Source of the DNA: Patescibacteria group bacterium
GTDB lineage: Bacteria; Patescibacteriota; Patescibacteriia; Magasanikbacterales; GWA2-37-8
Length of the DNA: 64,000 nucleotides
Direction: 5' to 3'
NCBI GenBank assembly: GCA_041651015.1
Contig: JBAZKA010000004.1
Span: 1,010 to 65,009 of the forward strand
A program made the translations under genes and the position numbers. The notes below the pieces were generated by a model. That model was given only the letters and a program-made list of their open reading frames with translations. It was not told the DNA's origin and did not search any database. Positions 17,491 through 28,300 of this stretch are shown here, piece after piece; the first letter of the stretch is position 1, and every line of letters begins with the position of its first letter.

Positions 17491-18456
17491 ATGATGGAAA
17501 AAATACGAACATCCGAATCAGTCTCTCCGATGCATCCGGATAAAATCTGCGACCGCATCAGCGACGCGATATTGGACGCTTGCTTACAGCAAGACAAAAA
17601 CAGCCGGGTGGCGGTGGAAAGCATGGGCGGACACGGAATTATCACCATCACCGGAGAAATCACATCCGATGCCAATGTAAATTTCAGAGAAATAGCAAAA
17701 AAAATTGTCGGGGATAAATACGGCATCCAAGTCAACATCGTCAAGCAAAGCAGGGAGATTTCACAAGGTGTGGATATCGGAGGCGCCGGCGACCAAGGAA
17801 TCATGGTCGGATACGCCTGCGATGAAACTCCCGCTCTAATGCCGCTTGAAGTAATGCTGGCAAGAAATCTGAACAAACATATTTATCAGAGCCACCCCTT
17901 TGACGGCAAAACTCAAATCACGTTGAATAACGGATTAATTGAAACCGTTATCGCGAGCTTCCAAAACGTCAGCGGTGAAAAATTAATAGAATTAATCAAC
18001 GCGTGGCTGAGCGATAAAAAGCTGGCGCAAAATTGTAAAATTTTTGCCAATCCGGCCGGCGATTGGAACATCGGCGGATTTGAAGCCGATACCGGCCTGA
18101 CCGGCAGGAAACTCGCGGTGGATAATTACGGCACGAGAATTCCGATTGGCGGCGGCGCCTTCTCGGGCAAAGATTACACCAAAGTTGACCGAAGCGCAGC
18201 CTATATGGCGAGAAAAATCGCGGTTGACTTGTTGAAACAAAATAACGCGAAAGAGGTTTTTGTGCATTTGGCTTATGCCATCGGCAAACCGGAACCGGTT
18301 ATGGCCGTGGCTATGATTGACGGCAGAGAAAATGAAATAACCGGATATGATTTGACGCCAAACGGCATAAGAAAATTCTTGAAGCTGGATGAACAGCCAT
18401 ACGAAGCGACCGCGCAATATGGCCACTTTGGCAATAACTTTATCTGGGATAACTAA
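17491..18456 (+). CDS. metK: S-adenosylmethionine synthetase (short form)
   Basis: ESVSPMHPDKICDRISDAILDA matches the MAT N-terminal signature ESVSEGHPDKI.DQISDA.LDA. GGGAFSGKD present. Start taken at ATG 17491 rather than the TTG of the track ORF. Confidence 0.9.
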   Translation: MMEKIRTSESVSPMHPDKICDRISDAILDACLQQDKNSRVAVESMGGHGIITITGEITSDANVNFREIAKKIVGDKYGIQVNIVKQSREISQGVDIGGAGDQGIMVGYACDETPALMPLEVMLARNLNKHIYQSHPFDGKTQITLNNGLIETVIASFQNVSGEKLIELINAWLSDKKLAQNCKIFANPAGDWNIGGFEADTGLTGRKLAVDNYGTRIPIGGGAFSGKDYTKVDRSAAYMARKIAVDLLKQNNAKEVFVHLAYAIGKPEPVMAVAMIDGRENEITGYDLTPNGIRKFLKLDEQPYEATAQYGHFGNNFIWDN

Positions 18457-18515
18457 TCACAGAAATAAAAACAGCTTCCGAGAGGAAGTTGTTTTTTATT
18501 TTATTCAAATTATAT

Positions 18516-19670
18516 TCACTTCTTTGAGTACACTTCGGCCACTTCTTGCGTAATATCATCCCAATTAAAATTCTTTTTAATAAAATTCAAACATTTTTCT
18601 CCGTGCCGTTTGACTGATTCGGGAAAATCCATCAAATAAACCATCATCTCATATAAATCATTTACGTTTTTGGATTGAAAAGCAAAGCCGGCATGATCAA
18701 TGCTTTCTAAATTTTCCGGAATATTGCTCACCAAGACGCATGTGCCATAACTCATCGCTTCCAAAATCGTAATAGACAAACCTTCAACTTCGGACGGATG
18801 GACATACAGATAAGCATTGGCGAAAAGTTGGGCCAAGGTCTCGCCCTGTTGAAAACCGACAAAGACGATATTGGGTGAACCGGCCGCCAATTTTTTCAAA
18901 TAATCCAAATAATCATCAGTGTAGCTCGGCGCCCCGACAATCGCCAATTTCAAAATTTTACCCCCGGGCCAATTCTTCGGGTCAGCGCCGTGGCGACTCT
19001 CCAACATTTTGTAAGCTTCAATCAAATAATGAATACCTTTGTGGCGGATGAGACGCGCCACGGTTAAAATATAATTGTCTTTACCAAGGCCAAATCGCCG
19101 GATCATATTATCGTGCGCTTCGGCTGTTTTACGCAAATCCGTGCCGTTCGGAATATAGATTGTTTCTTTGTTGTACATCTGCCGGCAATACTGCTGAATG
19201 GATTTGGATACAGCAATGGTCGCGTGCGGATAATGCAAGGCCGTCCACTCGCCATGCCCCAGATACCACCGCGCGAATGCGCCCCATTTTTTGTGAAACC
19301 GGTCAATGCTGTGAAAAGTGACGACCACGCGCGTCCGCGGACAAAACACTCTCGGAATCCAAGCCAGAGTTGACGGACCGACACCGTGAAAATGCATGAC
19401 ATCGTATTTTTGAAAAACCGCGTGGATGACGGAAAAGAAAACATGGGTGATGGTATCCAAATTTTTTGTCGGAATTGACGGTGTGTAAATTATCTTTACG
19501 TCTTTATAATTATTTATTTTATCCGGCATTAAATATTTACGCGAATACACAAACACTTCGTGGCCCATGGCCGCGAGCCGAGTGGAGAGTTCCTCCACAT
19601 GCCGTTCCACTCCCCCGCCTTTTCCCCCGATAAACGGCACGGTTTTTTGTCCCAACATGGCGATACGCAT
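18516..19670 (-). CDS. Glycosyltransferase family 1 (GT4-like)
   Basis: 384 aa. N-terminal GGxGG(V)ERH motif and C-terminal EGLSITILEAMSYGTCVLVSNI (E-x7-E region) typical of GT-B retaining glycosyltransferases. Confidence 0.85.
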   Translation of the reverse strand: MRIAMLGQKTVPFIGGKGGGVERHVEELSTRLAAMGHEVFVYSRKYLMPDKINNYKDVKIIYTPSIPTKNLDTITHVFFSVIHAVFQKYDVMHFHGVGPSTLAWIPRVFCPRTRVVVTFHSIDRFHKKWGAFARWYLGHGEWTALHYPHATIAVSKSIQQYCRQMYNKETIYIPNGTDLRKTAEAHDNMIRRFGLGKDNYILTVARLIRHKGIHYLIEAYKMLESRHGADPKNWPGGKILKLAIVGAPSYTDDYLDYLKKLAAGSPNIVFVGFQQGETLAQLFANAYLYVHPSEVEGLSITILEAMSYGTCVLVSNIPENLESIDHAGFAFQSKNVNDLYEMMVYLMDFPESVKRHGEKCLNFIKKNFNWDDITQEVAEVYSKK

Positions 19671-19810
19671 ATATATTTAGTATACCTGCTTTGCGGGTAA
19701 AGGGCAAAAACCGGCCATGCAATAAAATACCTCTCCCGTTTGTATTATAATCGGAAAGCTCGAGACTCCAAAATAGCAGAAATTTAATTCATTCTAACTA
19801 TATAATAAAC

Positions 19811-20383
19811 ATGAAGAAAAAATATATTGCTTTCGCCTTACTTCCGGTCTTCGCCATGGCCCTACTTGTGGGCGGACTGACCTACGCCTCAGCATCCACG
19901 GCCACGACCGATAGCCACAACCCGTTTAGCAAAATCGCCACCGCGATTGCCACAAAATTTAATTTAAGTTCAACTGATGTGCAGGCGGTTATTGACGAAA
20001 CAATGGAAGCCGAGCGCGCGAACATGGAAGCGAACAAGCCGGCCGAGGGAACGGAAAAAACCGATCGTTTGGCTCAAGCTGTCACTGATGGAAAATTAAC
20101 TCAAGCGCAAGCTGATTTGATTACCGCCAAACAAACGGAAATGAAAACCGCGATGGAGAGCAATAAAGACGCGATGAAAGCCATGACCGAAACAGAACGC
20201 AAAACGGCCATGGAAAAACAGCGAACAGAATTAAAACAATGGGCGACCGATAACAACATCCCCGAAGAATATATAATGTTCTTGGGCGGACACGGTGGTC
20301 CGGGCGGTCATGGCGGTCCAATGGGCGGTCAACCTCCGATGAATGGCGACAAAACAACCGATACCGCGACTGCTACTGAATAA
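19811..20383 (+). CDS. Secreted hypothetical protein with coiled-coil and Gly/Pro-rich tail
   Basis: Signal peptide MKKKYIAFALLPVFAMALLVGG, low-complexity GGHGGPGGHGGPMGG, terminator hairpin at ~20408-20440. Confidence 0.6.
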   Translation: MKKKYIAFALLPVFAMALLVGGLTYASASTATTDSHNPFSKIATAIATKFNLSSTDVQAVIDETMEAERANMEANKPAEGTEKTDRLAQAVTDGKLTQAQADLITAKQTEMKTAMESNKDAMKAMTETERKTAMEKQRTELKQWATDNNIPEEYIMFLGGHGGPGGHGGPMGGQPPMNGDKTTDTATATE

Positions 20384-20476
20384 TTGAACAAACAGACAAA
20401 ATATCTCCGACTAAACATCGGGGATTTTTGTTTTTTGCACACCCCTTGACCTGTTGATAACAAATCACCAATGGAT

Positions 20477-20505
20477 TTGCGTGTTTTCTGGGGCTGGTGT
20501 ATAAT
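20477..20505 (+). promoter_or_regulatory. Promoter TTGCGT-17-TATAAT for the second HU gene
   Basis: TTGCGT at 20477-20482 and TATAAT at 20500-20505. Confidence 0.5.
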
Positions 20506-20548
20506 ATACTCGCTAAAAACTTAGCATTTATTATTAATTCAATATCGT

Positions 20549-20830
20549 ATGGCAGGCATGACCAAGTCGGCCCTGATGTCCGCTCTCGCGGATAAGACAG
20601 GCCTCAGCAAGAAAGACGTCAACGGTTTCGTTGACACATTGGTGGAATTAGCTTACACCGAAGTCAAGAAAAACGGTGTATTCATTGTTCCGGGTATCGG
20701 CAAATTAGTTAAAATGAAACGAGCTGCTCGCCAGGGCCGCAATCCGGCTACCGGCGCGACCATCCAAATTCCGGCCAAGACCGTGGTGAAATTCCGCGTG
20801 GCCAAAGCCGCCAAAGAAGCGGTTCTGTAA
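20549..20830 (+). CDS. HU/IHF-family DNA-binding protein (second paralog)
   Basis: 93 aa. ...GFVDTLVELAYTEVKKNGVFIVPGIGKLVKMKRAARQGRNPATGATIQIPA matches the HU/IHF fold signature. Confidence 0.85.
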   Translation: MAGMTKSALMSALADKTGLSKKDVNGFVDTLVELAYTEVKKNGVFIVPGIGKLVKMKRAARQGRNPATGATIQIPAKTVVKFRVAKAAKEAVL

Positions 20831-20846
20831 TTACTACAAACAACAA

Positions 20847-20870
20847 GCCGTCCGTCAGGGCGGTTTTTTG
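20847..20870 (+). terminator. Intrinsic terminator
   Basis: gccgtccgtcagggcgg followed by ttttttgtttt. Confidence 0.6.
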
Positions 20871-20969
20871 TTTTGCCTGCCCGACCGAAGCAAAGCGAAG
20901 TCGGGTAACATTTTATCGCCAAAACTCATTATATTTGGTAGAATGAATGCATAAACATAATATGCAACT

Positions 20970-21503
20970 ATGACTCTTCAGGAAGAATTAAAACTGGCTG
21001 AACTCGCCAAAAAAGGAGACAAGCCGGCCGTTGGCGCGTTGTGGGACGCCATTACGCCCAAACTATTCGGTTACTTGGTAAATACGCTTCGCGACCGAGC
21101 TCTCGCCGAAGATATTTTACAAGAAACCTGGCTCAAGGCCATCTCGGCAATGGATAAATTTGAAAATCGCCAAGTCAGATTCAGCGCTTGGCTTTTCGCG
21201 ATCGCGCGCAATAATTGCCGTGAGCATTGGCGAACGCAAAATCGCATTGTATCCATGCCGGACGAAGAATTGGAAACAACGGCCGGTTCCGCGGACAATA
21301 TTTCGGCGCTTAATGATAATATGGATTTAGATAAAATTTTGGACAAATTATCCGATGATGATAAAGAAATGTTGCGTTTGAGATATCTCGCTGAAATGTC
21401 TTTTAACGAAATCGCCCATCTTTTGGAAATTTCTTCCATCGCGGCGCGAGTTCGCGTGCATCGCGCCACTCTCCGAGCGCGGGCTTTTACTCAAACTAAA
21501 TGA
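20970..21503 (+). CDS. ECF-type sigma-70 family RNA polymerase sigma factor
   Basis: Region 2 (ILQETWLKAISAMDKF..FSAWLFAIARNNCREHWR) and region 4 HTH (LRLRYLAEMSFNEIAHLLEISSIAARVRVHRA). Confidence 0.85.
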   Translation: MTLQEELKLAELAKKGDKPAVGALWDAITPKLFGYLVNTLRDRALAEDILQETWLKAISAMDKFENRQVRFSAWLFAIARNNCREHWRTQNRIVSMPDEELETTAGSADNISALNDNMDLDKILDKLSDDDKEMLRLRYLAEMSFNEIAHLLEISSIAARVRVHRATLRARAFTQTK

Positions 21504-21509
21504 TTTTTT

Positions 21510-22814
21510 ATGAATAATAATTTTTCTATTAAAAATCGGCTAGCCGATTGGGGCCAAAAATCCCAACAGTTGCCGGCTAACAATACAACTATGAAAGAAG
21601 AAATCATGGCGGCCGCGCGTCCGGCCGCGAGTGCTTCCAAACCAGCCAAACGATACCGCCCGTGGTTATACCGCGCCGGAGTTCTGGCCGTGTCCGCGGT
21701 CGCGATTGTTTTAGTGATTACGGGTCCGGATTTATTGGCTAAACGTACTTCGTTTGGCATATCTGTGGGGGGCAGTGGAAGCGTGGCTCAACGAGACTTT
21801 GCGGTTTCCACGAATATGGCGGACGTTGATTATTCATCTTCCGAACTTGAATCAGATGGGCCGATTTCAGTGGACAGTTTAAGCCTAAGTTATGGCGAAG
21901 CCACCGGTCTCGCGTCCGAACCCGGCGTGGTTCGCACCATTGCTTCTAAAATCACGGATGCGATTGGTGGAGACGAAAAAATTGCCAACCCGATATTATA
22001 CACATCAGCGCCGGCGCCCACCTTTGATGCTCGTGAACTTATGGAAACGCAATACGGCGCAACCATAAAAACACGCAACGTCAACAAAATCGCCACTCAA
22101 GCGCAAACCATTATCCGCGGCCAGGGTGGACGCATGAATAATTTATCCATCCAGGAAAAATACGCTTACATTTCGTTTTCTTTGCCTAAAGAAAAATTTG
22201 ACCAAATGATGGTTCAACTAAAAGATTTGGTACCGAAAAAGATGTACGAGGAAACTATCTCTGCCTACAATCGTCTGTCGGAAAAGCAAAGTATTGAAAC
22301 CAACACGGAAAATATAAAAACAGAACTGGTAAAATTGCAAACTGAAAAAGAAGAATTAACCGCCACGCATGAGACAAAATCAGCGGAAATCCAAAATCGC
22401 ATTGACGCCTTAACCGCTTCGTTAAATACGCAATACAGATTAAAGGCCGCGACCAGAGACCAAATCCAACTCTCCAAAATAAACGACGAAATTAATCGTT
22501 TGACCGCGGAGAAAAAATCCGCTGAAACAGAATTAAAGACTCTCAACACTAGATACGATATTGACTCGAAGCGCATTGAACGCAATATAGAGAGACAAAA
22601 TACCACTTTGGATAATTTGGATGTGCAAAATGAAAACCTGGACATGCAAGTGGAGACCGTTTCCGGCACAATCAACATTCAGCATGTCAGCATCTGGGAA
22701 ATAATTAAAATCTATGTACCGGTTAAGCCGGTAGCCGTTGGACTGATTGTGCTCGCGGCAGTCTATTTGTTATTTTTCAAAGGCCGCAATCGCAAGGTGG
22801 AAGTTCCGGTCTAA
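21510..22814 (+). CDS. Putative anti-sigma factor / DUF4349-like membrane protein with long coiled coil
   Basis: Immediately downstream of the ECF sigma. N-terminal TM (AGVLAVSAVAIVLVITG), extended coiled coil, C-terminal TM (VAVGLIVLAAVYLLFF). Confidence 0.5.
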   Translation: MNNNFSIKNRLADWGQKSQQLPANNTTMKEEIMAAARPAASASKPAKRYRPWLYRAGVLAVSAVAIVLVITGPDLLAKRTSFGISVGGSGSVAQRDFAVSTNMADVDYSSSELESDGPISVDSLSLSYGEATGLASEPGVVRTIASKITDAIGGDEKIANPILYTSAPAPTFDARELMETQYGATIKTRNVNKIATQAQTIIRGQGGRMNNLSIQEKYAYISFSLPKEKFDQMMVQLKDLVPKKMYEETISAYNRLSEKQSIETNTENIKTELVKLQTEKEELTATHETKSAEIQNRIDALTASLNTQYRLKAATRDQIQLSKINDEINRLTAEKKSAETELKTLNTRYDIDSKRIERNIERQNTTLDNLDVQNENLDMQVETVSGTINIQHVSIWEIIKIYVPVKPVAVGLIVLAAVYLLFFKGRNRKVEVPV

Positions 22815-22921
22815 TTGTCGTTGACAGAAAATACTTGACCGCATACAATACAATCAGGTCATTCAAAACTCGAAAAAACGGCAAACGCCGTTTTTTCATT
22901 TACAAAGGGAAGGGCGGACAA

Positions 22922-23179
22922 ATGGGAATTCTCGCAAGAATTGTGGAGGGGCTGTCCGAAGTCGTAAGAGAAATTCTGCACGACAAAGAAGAACGGCATT
23001 CATCTTCGCCGGGGATGAATGTTAACACGAGACTAGCCGACGCTGAAGCCAAAGAGCGCGCGCGAAGACGGCTGGAAAAAGCGCGGCTCACCATCGCTTA
23101 TTGCGACCGAGCAGCGTGTGAATCACAACCGACGGCGCCACCGTACGGCATGACGGACGAAGCCGTTAACGGCAAATAA
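22922..23179 (+). CDS. Hypothetical small protein
   Basis: ORF followed by a clear terminator (ccccgctaattagcgggg + cttgtcttttt, ~23240-23268). Start uncertain. Confidence 0.3.
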   Translation: MGILARIVEGLSEVVREILHDKEERHSSSPGMNVNTRLADAEAKERARRRLEKARLTIAYCDRAACESQPTAPPYGMTDEAVNGK

Positions 23180-23264
23180 CAAAGGAGGAATAGATGTATT
23201 ACATGCGTAAGCCCGTGCCCTTTGACCGCCCCGCTAATTAGCGGGGCTTGTCTTTTTGAATGGG

Positions 23265-23293
23265 TTGACAAAAACCATTTTTTAGCGTAAAAT
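23265..23293 (+). promoter_or_regulatory. Promoter TTGACA-17-TAAAAT for tRNA-Met/tsaD
   Basis: TTGACA at 23265-23270 and TAAAAT at 23288-23293. Confidence 0.6.
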
Positions 23294-23340
23294 GCCTTTG
23301 TTTTTATGACCCGCCTTCGCACAATGCTTCGGCGTGGTAT

Positions 23341-23417
23341 GACAGGGTAGCTCAGCTGGTTAGAGCACTGGATTCATAACCCGGAGGTCGAGGGTTCAAG
23401 CCCCTCCCCTGTCACCA
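23341..23417 (+). tRNA. tRNA-Met (anticodon CAT; elongator or tRNA-Ile2-type), CCA encoded
   Basis: Manual fold: acceptor GACAGGG/CCCTGTC, D-arm GCTCAGCTGGTTAGAGC, anticodon loop TTCATAA, T-arm GAGGGTTCAAGCCCCTC, 3' ACCA. Not initiator-like (1-72 is G-C, no three GC pairs in anticodon stem). Confidence 0.85.
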
Positions 23418-23419
23418 AT

Positions 23420-24466
23420 ATGAAAATTCTCGGAATTGAAAGTTCATGTGATGATACATCAGCCGCTTTGCTTGAATGCTCCAAAAGCGGCTGTTTTGTC
23501 TTGCGCGAATCCACCGCTTCGCAAATCGCCATCCATAAAAAATACGGCGGTGTGGTGCCGGAAATTGCCGGGCGCATGCACGCGGAAAAAATCATCCCTT
23601 TGATTGAACACGTTCTGGACGGACAAAAACCGGATGCGATTACTGCCGCCTCTGGCCCCGGGCTTATCACCGGTCTAATTGTCGGCGTAGAAGCGGCGCG
23701 AACTCTGTCGGCCGCCTGGAAAATTCCCGTTATTCGTGTTAACCATATGGCCGGACATGTTCATTCTGTGGAAATCGGAAAAAAGAAAATTGAATATCCT
23801 GCATTGGCTTTGATTGTCTCAGGCGGCCATACGGAAATAATCAAAATATCCGGTGAAGGAAAATACAAAATGCTCGGTGCCACGCGCGATGACGCGGCCG
23901 GCGAATGTTTTGACAAAGCGGCAAAAATGCTCGGCCTCCCCTATCCGGGCGGACCGCAAATTTCCAAACTCGCGCTGAAAGGAAAAACCAATGCCATAAA
24001 ATTTCCCCGGCCGATGTTGGATAGTACTAACTTTGATTTTAGTTTTGCCGGATTAAAAACTTCTGCCTTGTATTATTTACGTGATAATCCACTTGTCATT
24101 CCGAGCGAATCCGCCGACAGGCGGAGAAGTCGAGGAATCCCTTCGGCGACAATCAACGACTTCTGCGCTTCATTCGAACAAGCCATTGTGGATACACTGG
24201 TCGGTAAAATGACCCGCGCCATAAAAAAATTCCAACCAAAAACCGTTATCCTTTGCGGTGGTGTTTCAGCCAACAAAAAACTGCGCGAGACACTGCAAGA
24301 CGCAGTCGCGCAATTTCCCAAAATAAAATACATGATACCAGAGGGACACTATTGCATGGACAATGCCGCCATGATCGCCCGCGCGGGCTTTGAACTGACG
24401 AAAAACAAAAAATATACTGATTGGAAAAAACTCAAAGCTGACCCGAATTGGGAATTAGGCAGATAA
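23420..24466 (+). CDS. tsaD: tRNA N6-adenosine threonylcarbamoyltransferase (Kae1/TsaD family)
   Basis: MKILGIESSCDDTSAALLE..., HMAGHV, GGVSANKKLR motifs. ATG begins 2 nt after the tRNA 3' end. Confidence 0.9.
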   Translation: MKILGIESSCDDTSAALLECSKSGCFVLRESTASQIAIHKKYGGVVPEIAGRMHAEKIIPLIEHVLDGQKPDAITAASGPGLITGLIVGVEAARTLSAAWKIPVIRVNHMAGHVHSVEIGKKKIEYPALALIVSGGHTEIIKISGEGKYKMLGATRDDAAGECFDKAAKMLGLPYPGGPQISKLALKGKTNAIKFPRPMLDSTNFDFSFAGLKTSALYYLRDNPLVIPSESADRRRSRGIPSATINDFCASFEQAIVDTLVGKMTRAIKKFQPKTVILCGGVSANKKLRETLQDAVAQFPKIKYMIPEGHYCMDNAAMIARAGFELTKNKKYTDWKKLKADPNWELGR

Positions 24467-24544
24467 TTATTTTTGGCACCCCTCACAAAACACCCGCCCG
24501 CCTCGGCTACGCCGAAGGCGTGTCGGGCGGGCCGTCCCCTCATT
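24467..24544. terminator. Bidirectional terminator between convergent tsaD and mutM
   Basis: cacccgcccgcctcggctacgccgaaggcgtgtcgggcgggcc forms a long GC-rich stem. Confidence 0.5.
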
Positions 24545-25354
24545 TCATTTCTGACATGTTTCGCAGTATACAGTACCCCTACCTCCCAACTTAACAAATT
24601 TCAAAACACTTCCGCATTGTTTGCATTTCAACCCCTCGCGCCCGTAAACTTTTAAATGCGGGACAAAACCACCTTTCTCACCATATAAATTTATATAATT
24701 TTCCGCCGAACTTCCGCCGTATTTTATCGCCTCGGTCATGACTTTTCGGACGCTGTCAAAAAGTTTTTTTATTTCAGTTGGCTTCAGACTTTTTGACTGT
24801 CGCGTCGGCAACACGCCCGCCATAAAACACGCCTCCTGCGCGTAAATATTTCCAATGCCGGCGATCAACTTTTGCTCAAGTAACAGCTGTTTAATTTTCA
24901 TATTCGGCCGTTTGGCCAGTGCTTCGGTAAACTTCATGACAGTAAAACTTTTTTCCAAAGGCTCCGGCCCGTATTGTTTATCCAAAAACTTTTTCAAATC
25001 ATCGGTTTTAATCAAATCCAGATAGCCAAACCGGCGTATATCATTGAACATTATTTTCAATTTCCCAAAACAAAAAACCACGCGAGTGTGTTGATGCGCT
25101 TCGCCATTATAAACATACTGCCCAGTCATTTTAAGATGAGTCAAAATAGACCAGCCATTATTCAAATTTATAATCAAAAGTTTGGCCCGCCGTTCCACAC
25201 TTATTATTTTTGCGCCAACCGTGTATTTCAAAAATTGCGCCTTCGGCGTTCTCAATGTTTTTTCCGCCAGCACCTCCACGCCGGTAATTTTCTTTCCGGC
25301 GACTTCTTTGTTCAGCTGGCGTTTTATTGTTTCCACTTCGGGTAATTCGGGCAT
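24545..25354 (-). CDS. mutM: Formamidopyrimidine-DNA glycosylase
   Basis: MPELPEVE N-terminus (catalytic Pro2/Glu3), H2TH region, C-terminal zinc finger CKQCG...CETC. Confidence 0.9.
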   Translation of the reverse strand: MPELPEVETIKRQLNKEVAGKKITGVEVLAEKTLRTPKAQFLKYTVGAKIISVERRAKLLIINLNNGWSILTHLKMTGQYVYNGEAHQHTRVVFCFGKLKIMFNDIRRFGYLDLIKTDDLKKFLDKQYGPEPLEKSFTVMKFTEALAKRPNMKIKQLLLEQKLIAGIGNIYAQEACFMAGVLPTRQSKSLKPTEIKKLFDSVRKVMTEAIKYGGSSAENYINLYGEKGGFVPHLKVYGREGLKCKQCGSVLKFVKLGGRGTVYCETCQK

Positions 25355-25356
25355 AA

Positions 25357-28300
25357 TTAGTATTTCAATTTACCCTTGCCTACCAAGGCCTCCAACTCAT
25401 TGGCGAGTTCGGCGGTCATTTGAATTTTATACGAAGTTTTAATCCGGTTCCCGCCGACAGATAAGTAAACCTGTTTTTCGCCCGGATATTTAGCAAAAAT
25501 ATTTTTTATGGCCTCGGCTTTTTCTTTTACTTCAACCGAGGAAAGCGAAACTAGCAAGCCTGACTCCGGATAATAATTCGGTTCCGGTTCGCGTACCGAG
25601 GTAACAGGGATTGTGCGCGCCGCGGCTTGAACACCCGAATTTAATTGCATCGCCAGCATGGGCGCGTTGTTTTCATTTACTTCATAAGCCTTTTCCACAA
25701 ATAATTTGTCATCGCCTTCATCCTCGGAAGTTTTACCCACCACGCAGACTGTGCTTCCCTCCACCCAAACGCTTTTAGTCGCTTCATAAGTGCGCGGGAA
25801 CACCAACAATTCCAATGACCCGCTCAAATCTTGAATCGTGACAAACATCATGGTGTCGCCCTTGCGAGTAATTTTTTTCTTGGCTGTATCAATCACCCCG
25901 CCGACCACCACCCACTGGCTGCGGCCTTTGGTGTTTAACTCATTGAGCGGCGTCAAGACATTATTCATGATTTTTTCAATCGGTGAAAATGGATGCGCCG
26001 TCACATACAATCCGAGCAATTCTTTTTCCCAAAGCATTTTTTCATCATCGGTCGCTGCCGCGCTGGTCGGATTAATTTTGACTTTTTGGTTGAGATCAAT
26101 AGCCGTGCCGGCAAACAAAGAATTTTGCTTGGTAGACGCGCTTTCAGAAACGCCTTTGGAAAAGGCCAATAAATTTTCCATGTTGGCGAGGAGGACGCCG
26201 CGATCATAACTGAACGAATCCATGGCCCCGCATTTGGCCAGCGACTCCAAAGATTTTTTATTTAAATCTCTGTCTTGAACCCGGCGCAGAAAATCCTCCA
26301 AATTTTTATATCGGCCATTTTGTTTTCGTTCATGATAAATTGCATCGGCAATATGCTCACCCAAATTTTTTACTCCTTGCAAACCAAAACGAATATGGGG
26401 TTCACTGCCGTCTTCCGGAGAAATCATGGCAAAATTTTTAAAACTTTCGTTCACATCCGGCGGTAAAACTTTAATGCCCATTTTCTCGCATTCATGAATT
26501 ACCGGCGGGACTTTATCAATGTCGCCGGACTCGGCGATCATGATCGCCGTCATGTATTGAATCGGATAATTGGCTTTGAGAAAGGCCGTTTGATACGCCA
26601 CCACCGCATAGCTCGCGGCGTGAGCTTTGTTGAAACCATAAGCGGCAAACGGTTCAATGCGTTCCCACAAAGTGGTAATTTTAGCTTCGGGCAATTTACC
26701 AAACTCGCGACAGCCCTTAAAAAATTTTTCTTTTTGTTTGGCCATTTCCTCGGGAATTTTTTTGCCCATGGCTTTGCGAAATTTATCCGCTTCTTCCCAG
26801 TTGTAACCGCCCAAATTTATAGCCGTGAGGAGCACGTCGTCCTGATAAACAATCAAGCCCAGCGACTGATCCAAATAATCTTTCATCCGCGGATCCAAAT
26901 ACTCAATCAACTCAGGGTGTTGACGGCGGTTAATGTATTCGGGGATCACTTCCATCGGACCCGGTCGGAACAACGCCACCATGGCCATGATATCAAAAAT
27001 AGAAGCCGGCTTAAGCTCTTTCAAATATCGGGTCATGCCCGAACCGGACAGTTGAAACACACCAATGGTATCGCCGCGCGAAAGCATGTCGTAAGTTTTT
27101 TTGTCATCCCAAGGCAATTTGGTAATATCAATTTTTTTACCCGTGGTCTTATGAATAATTTCCACCGCGTGTCCCAAAATGGATAAGTTGCGGATGCCGA
27201 GAAAATCCATTTTCAAAACGCCAGCCGCTTCCACTGAATGCATTTCATACTGCGTGACAATTCTTTCACCGCCGGTTTCTTTTTGGATAGGGGTAAATTC
27301 AGTCAAGGGCACGGGAGAAATGACCACGCCGGCCGCGTGCAGCGAAGTGTGGCGGGCGCAACCTTCAATCTTTTGCGCTAAATCCAAAAGTCGTTTCACT
27401 TGCGCGTTCTCATTGTACATTTTTTTCAAATCCGCTTCCTTTTCCATGGCCGTGGCGATCGTCACTTGGAAACCCTGCGCTCCGGACGGTACAAGCTTGG
27501 CCACTTGGTCGCAAAAAGAATATGAATAACCGAGAGCGCGGCCCACATCGCGCACCGCGCCTCGCGCTTGCATGGTACCGAAAGTAATAATTTGCGCCAC
27601 TTTATCCGCGCCATATTTTTGCGTCACATAAGCAATCATGTCGTCGCGGCGGTCGTCGGCAAAGTCCGCGTCAATATCCGGCGGGCTGGGACGGAATGGA
27701 TTTAAAAATCTTTCAAACGGTAATTTAAAATCCAATGGATTGACCGTGGTAATACCCATGGCATATGACACCAACGAACCGGCACCCGAACCTCTGGTCG
27801 TTTCCACAATGTCATGGGTGCGCGCGTAGTTCACATAATCGGATACGGCGATAAAATACGGCGAGTAACCTTTTTTGGCAATTACATCCAACTCATAGTC
27901 CGCTCGTTTCCTCTCCACCTCGGTCACTTCGCATAATTTCGGCAAGCGCTCATAAACCAAATCGCGCAAATGGTCGTCCGCGTTTTTACCTTCGGGTAAA
28001 TCAATATGCGGAAAATGCCATTTATTTAGTTCCAAAGTTAAATTAACTCGTTCGGCAATTTTCATCGTGTTCGCCAATGCCTCCGGACAATGCTTAAATC
28101 GTGCGGCGATATCTTCGCCTTTGGCCAAAGAAAAATCCGCGCCCACCATGGTTTGACGATTGGATTCCTCAATAGATACGCCGTCACGAATACAAGTCAA
28201 AATATCTTGCGCTTCATAATCATCAGGGTTGAGATAGTGGACATCACGCGTGACGATCACAGGAATTCCGGTCTCGCCGGAAATTTTTAACAATAAATTA

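Noticed and set aside
25838-27529. Plus-strand ORFs of 116-230 aa inside dnaE
   Set aside because: Antisense to a 1168-aa gene with unmistakable PolIII-alpha motifs. Low-complexity translations.
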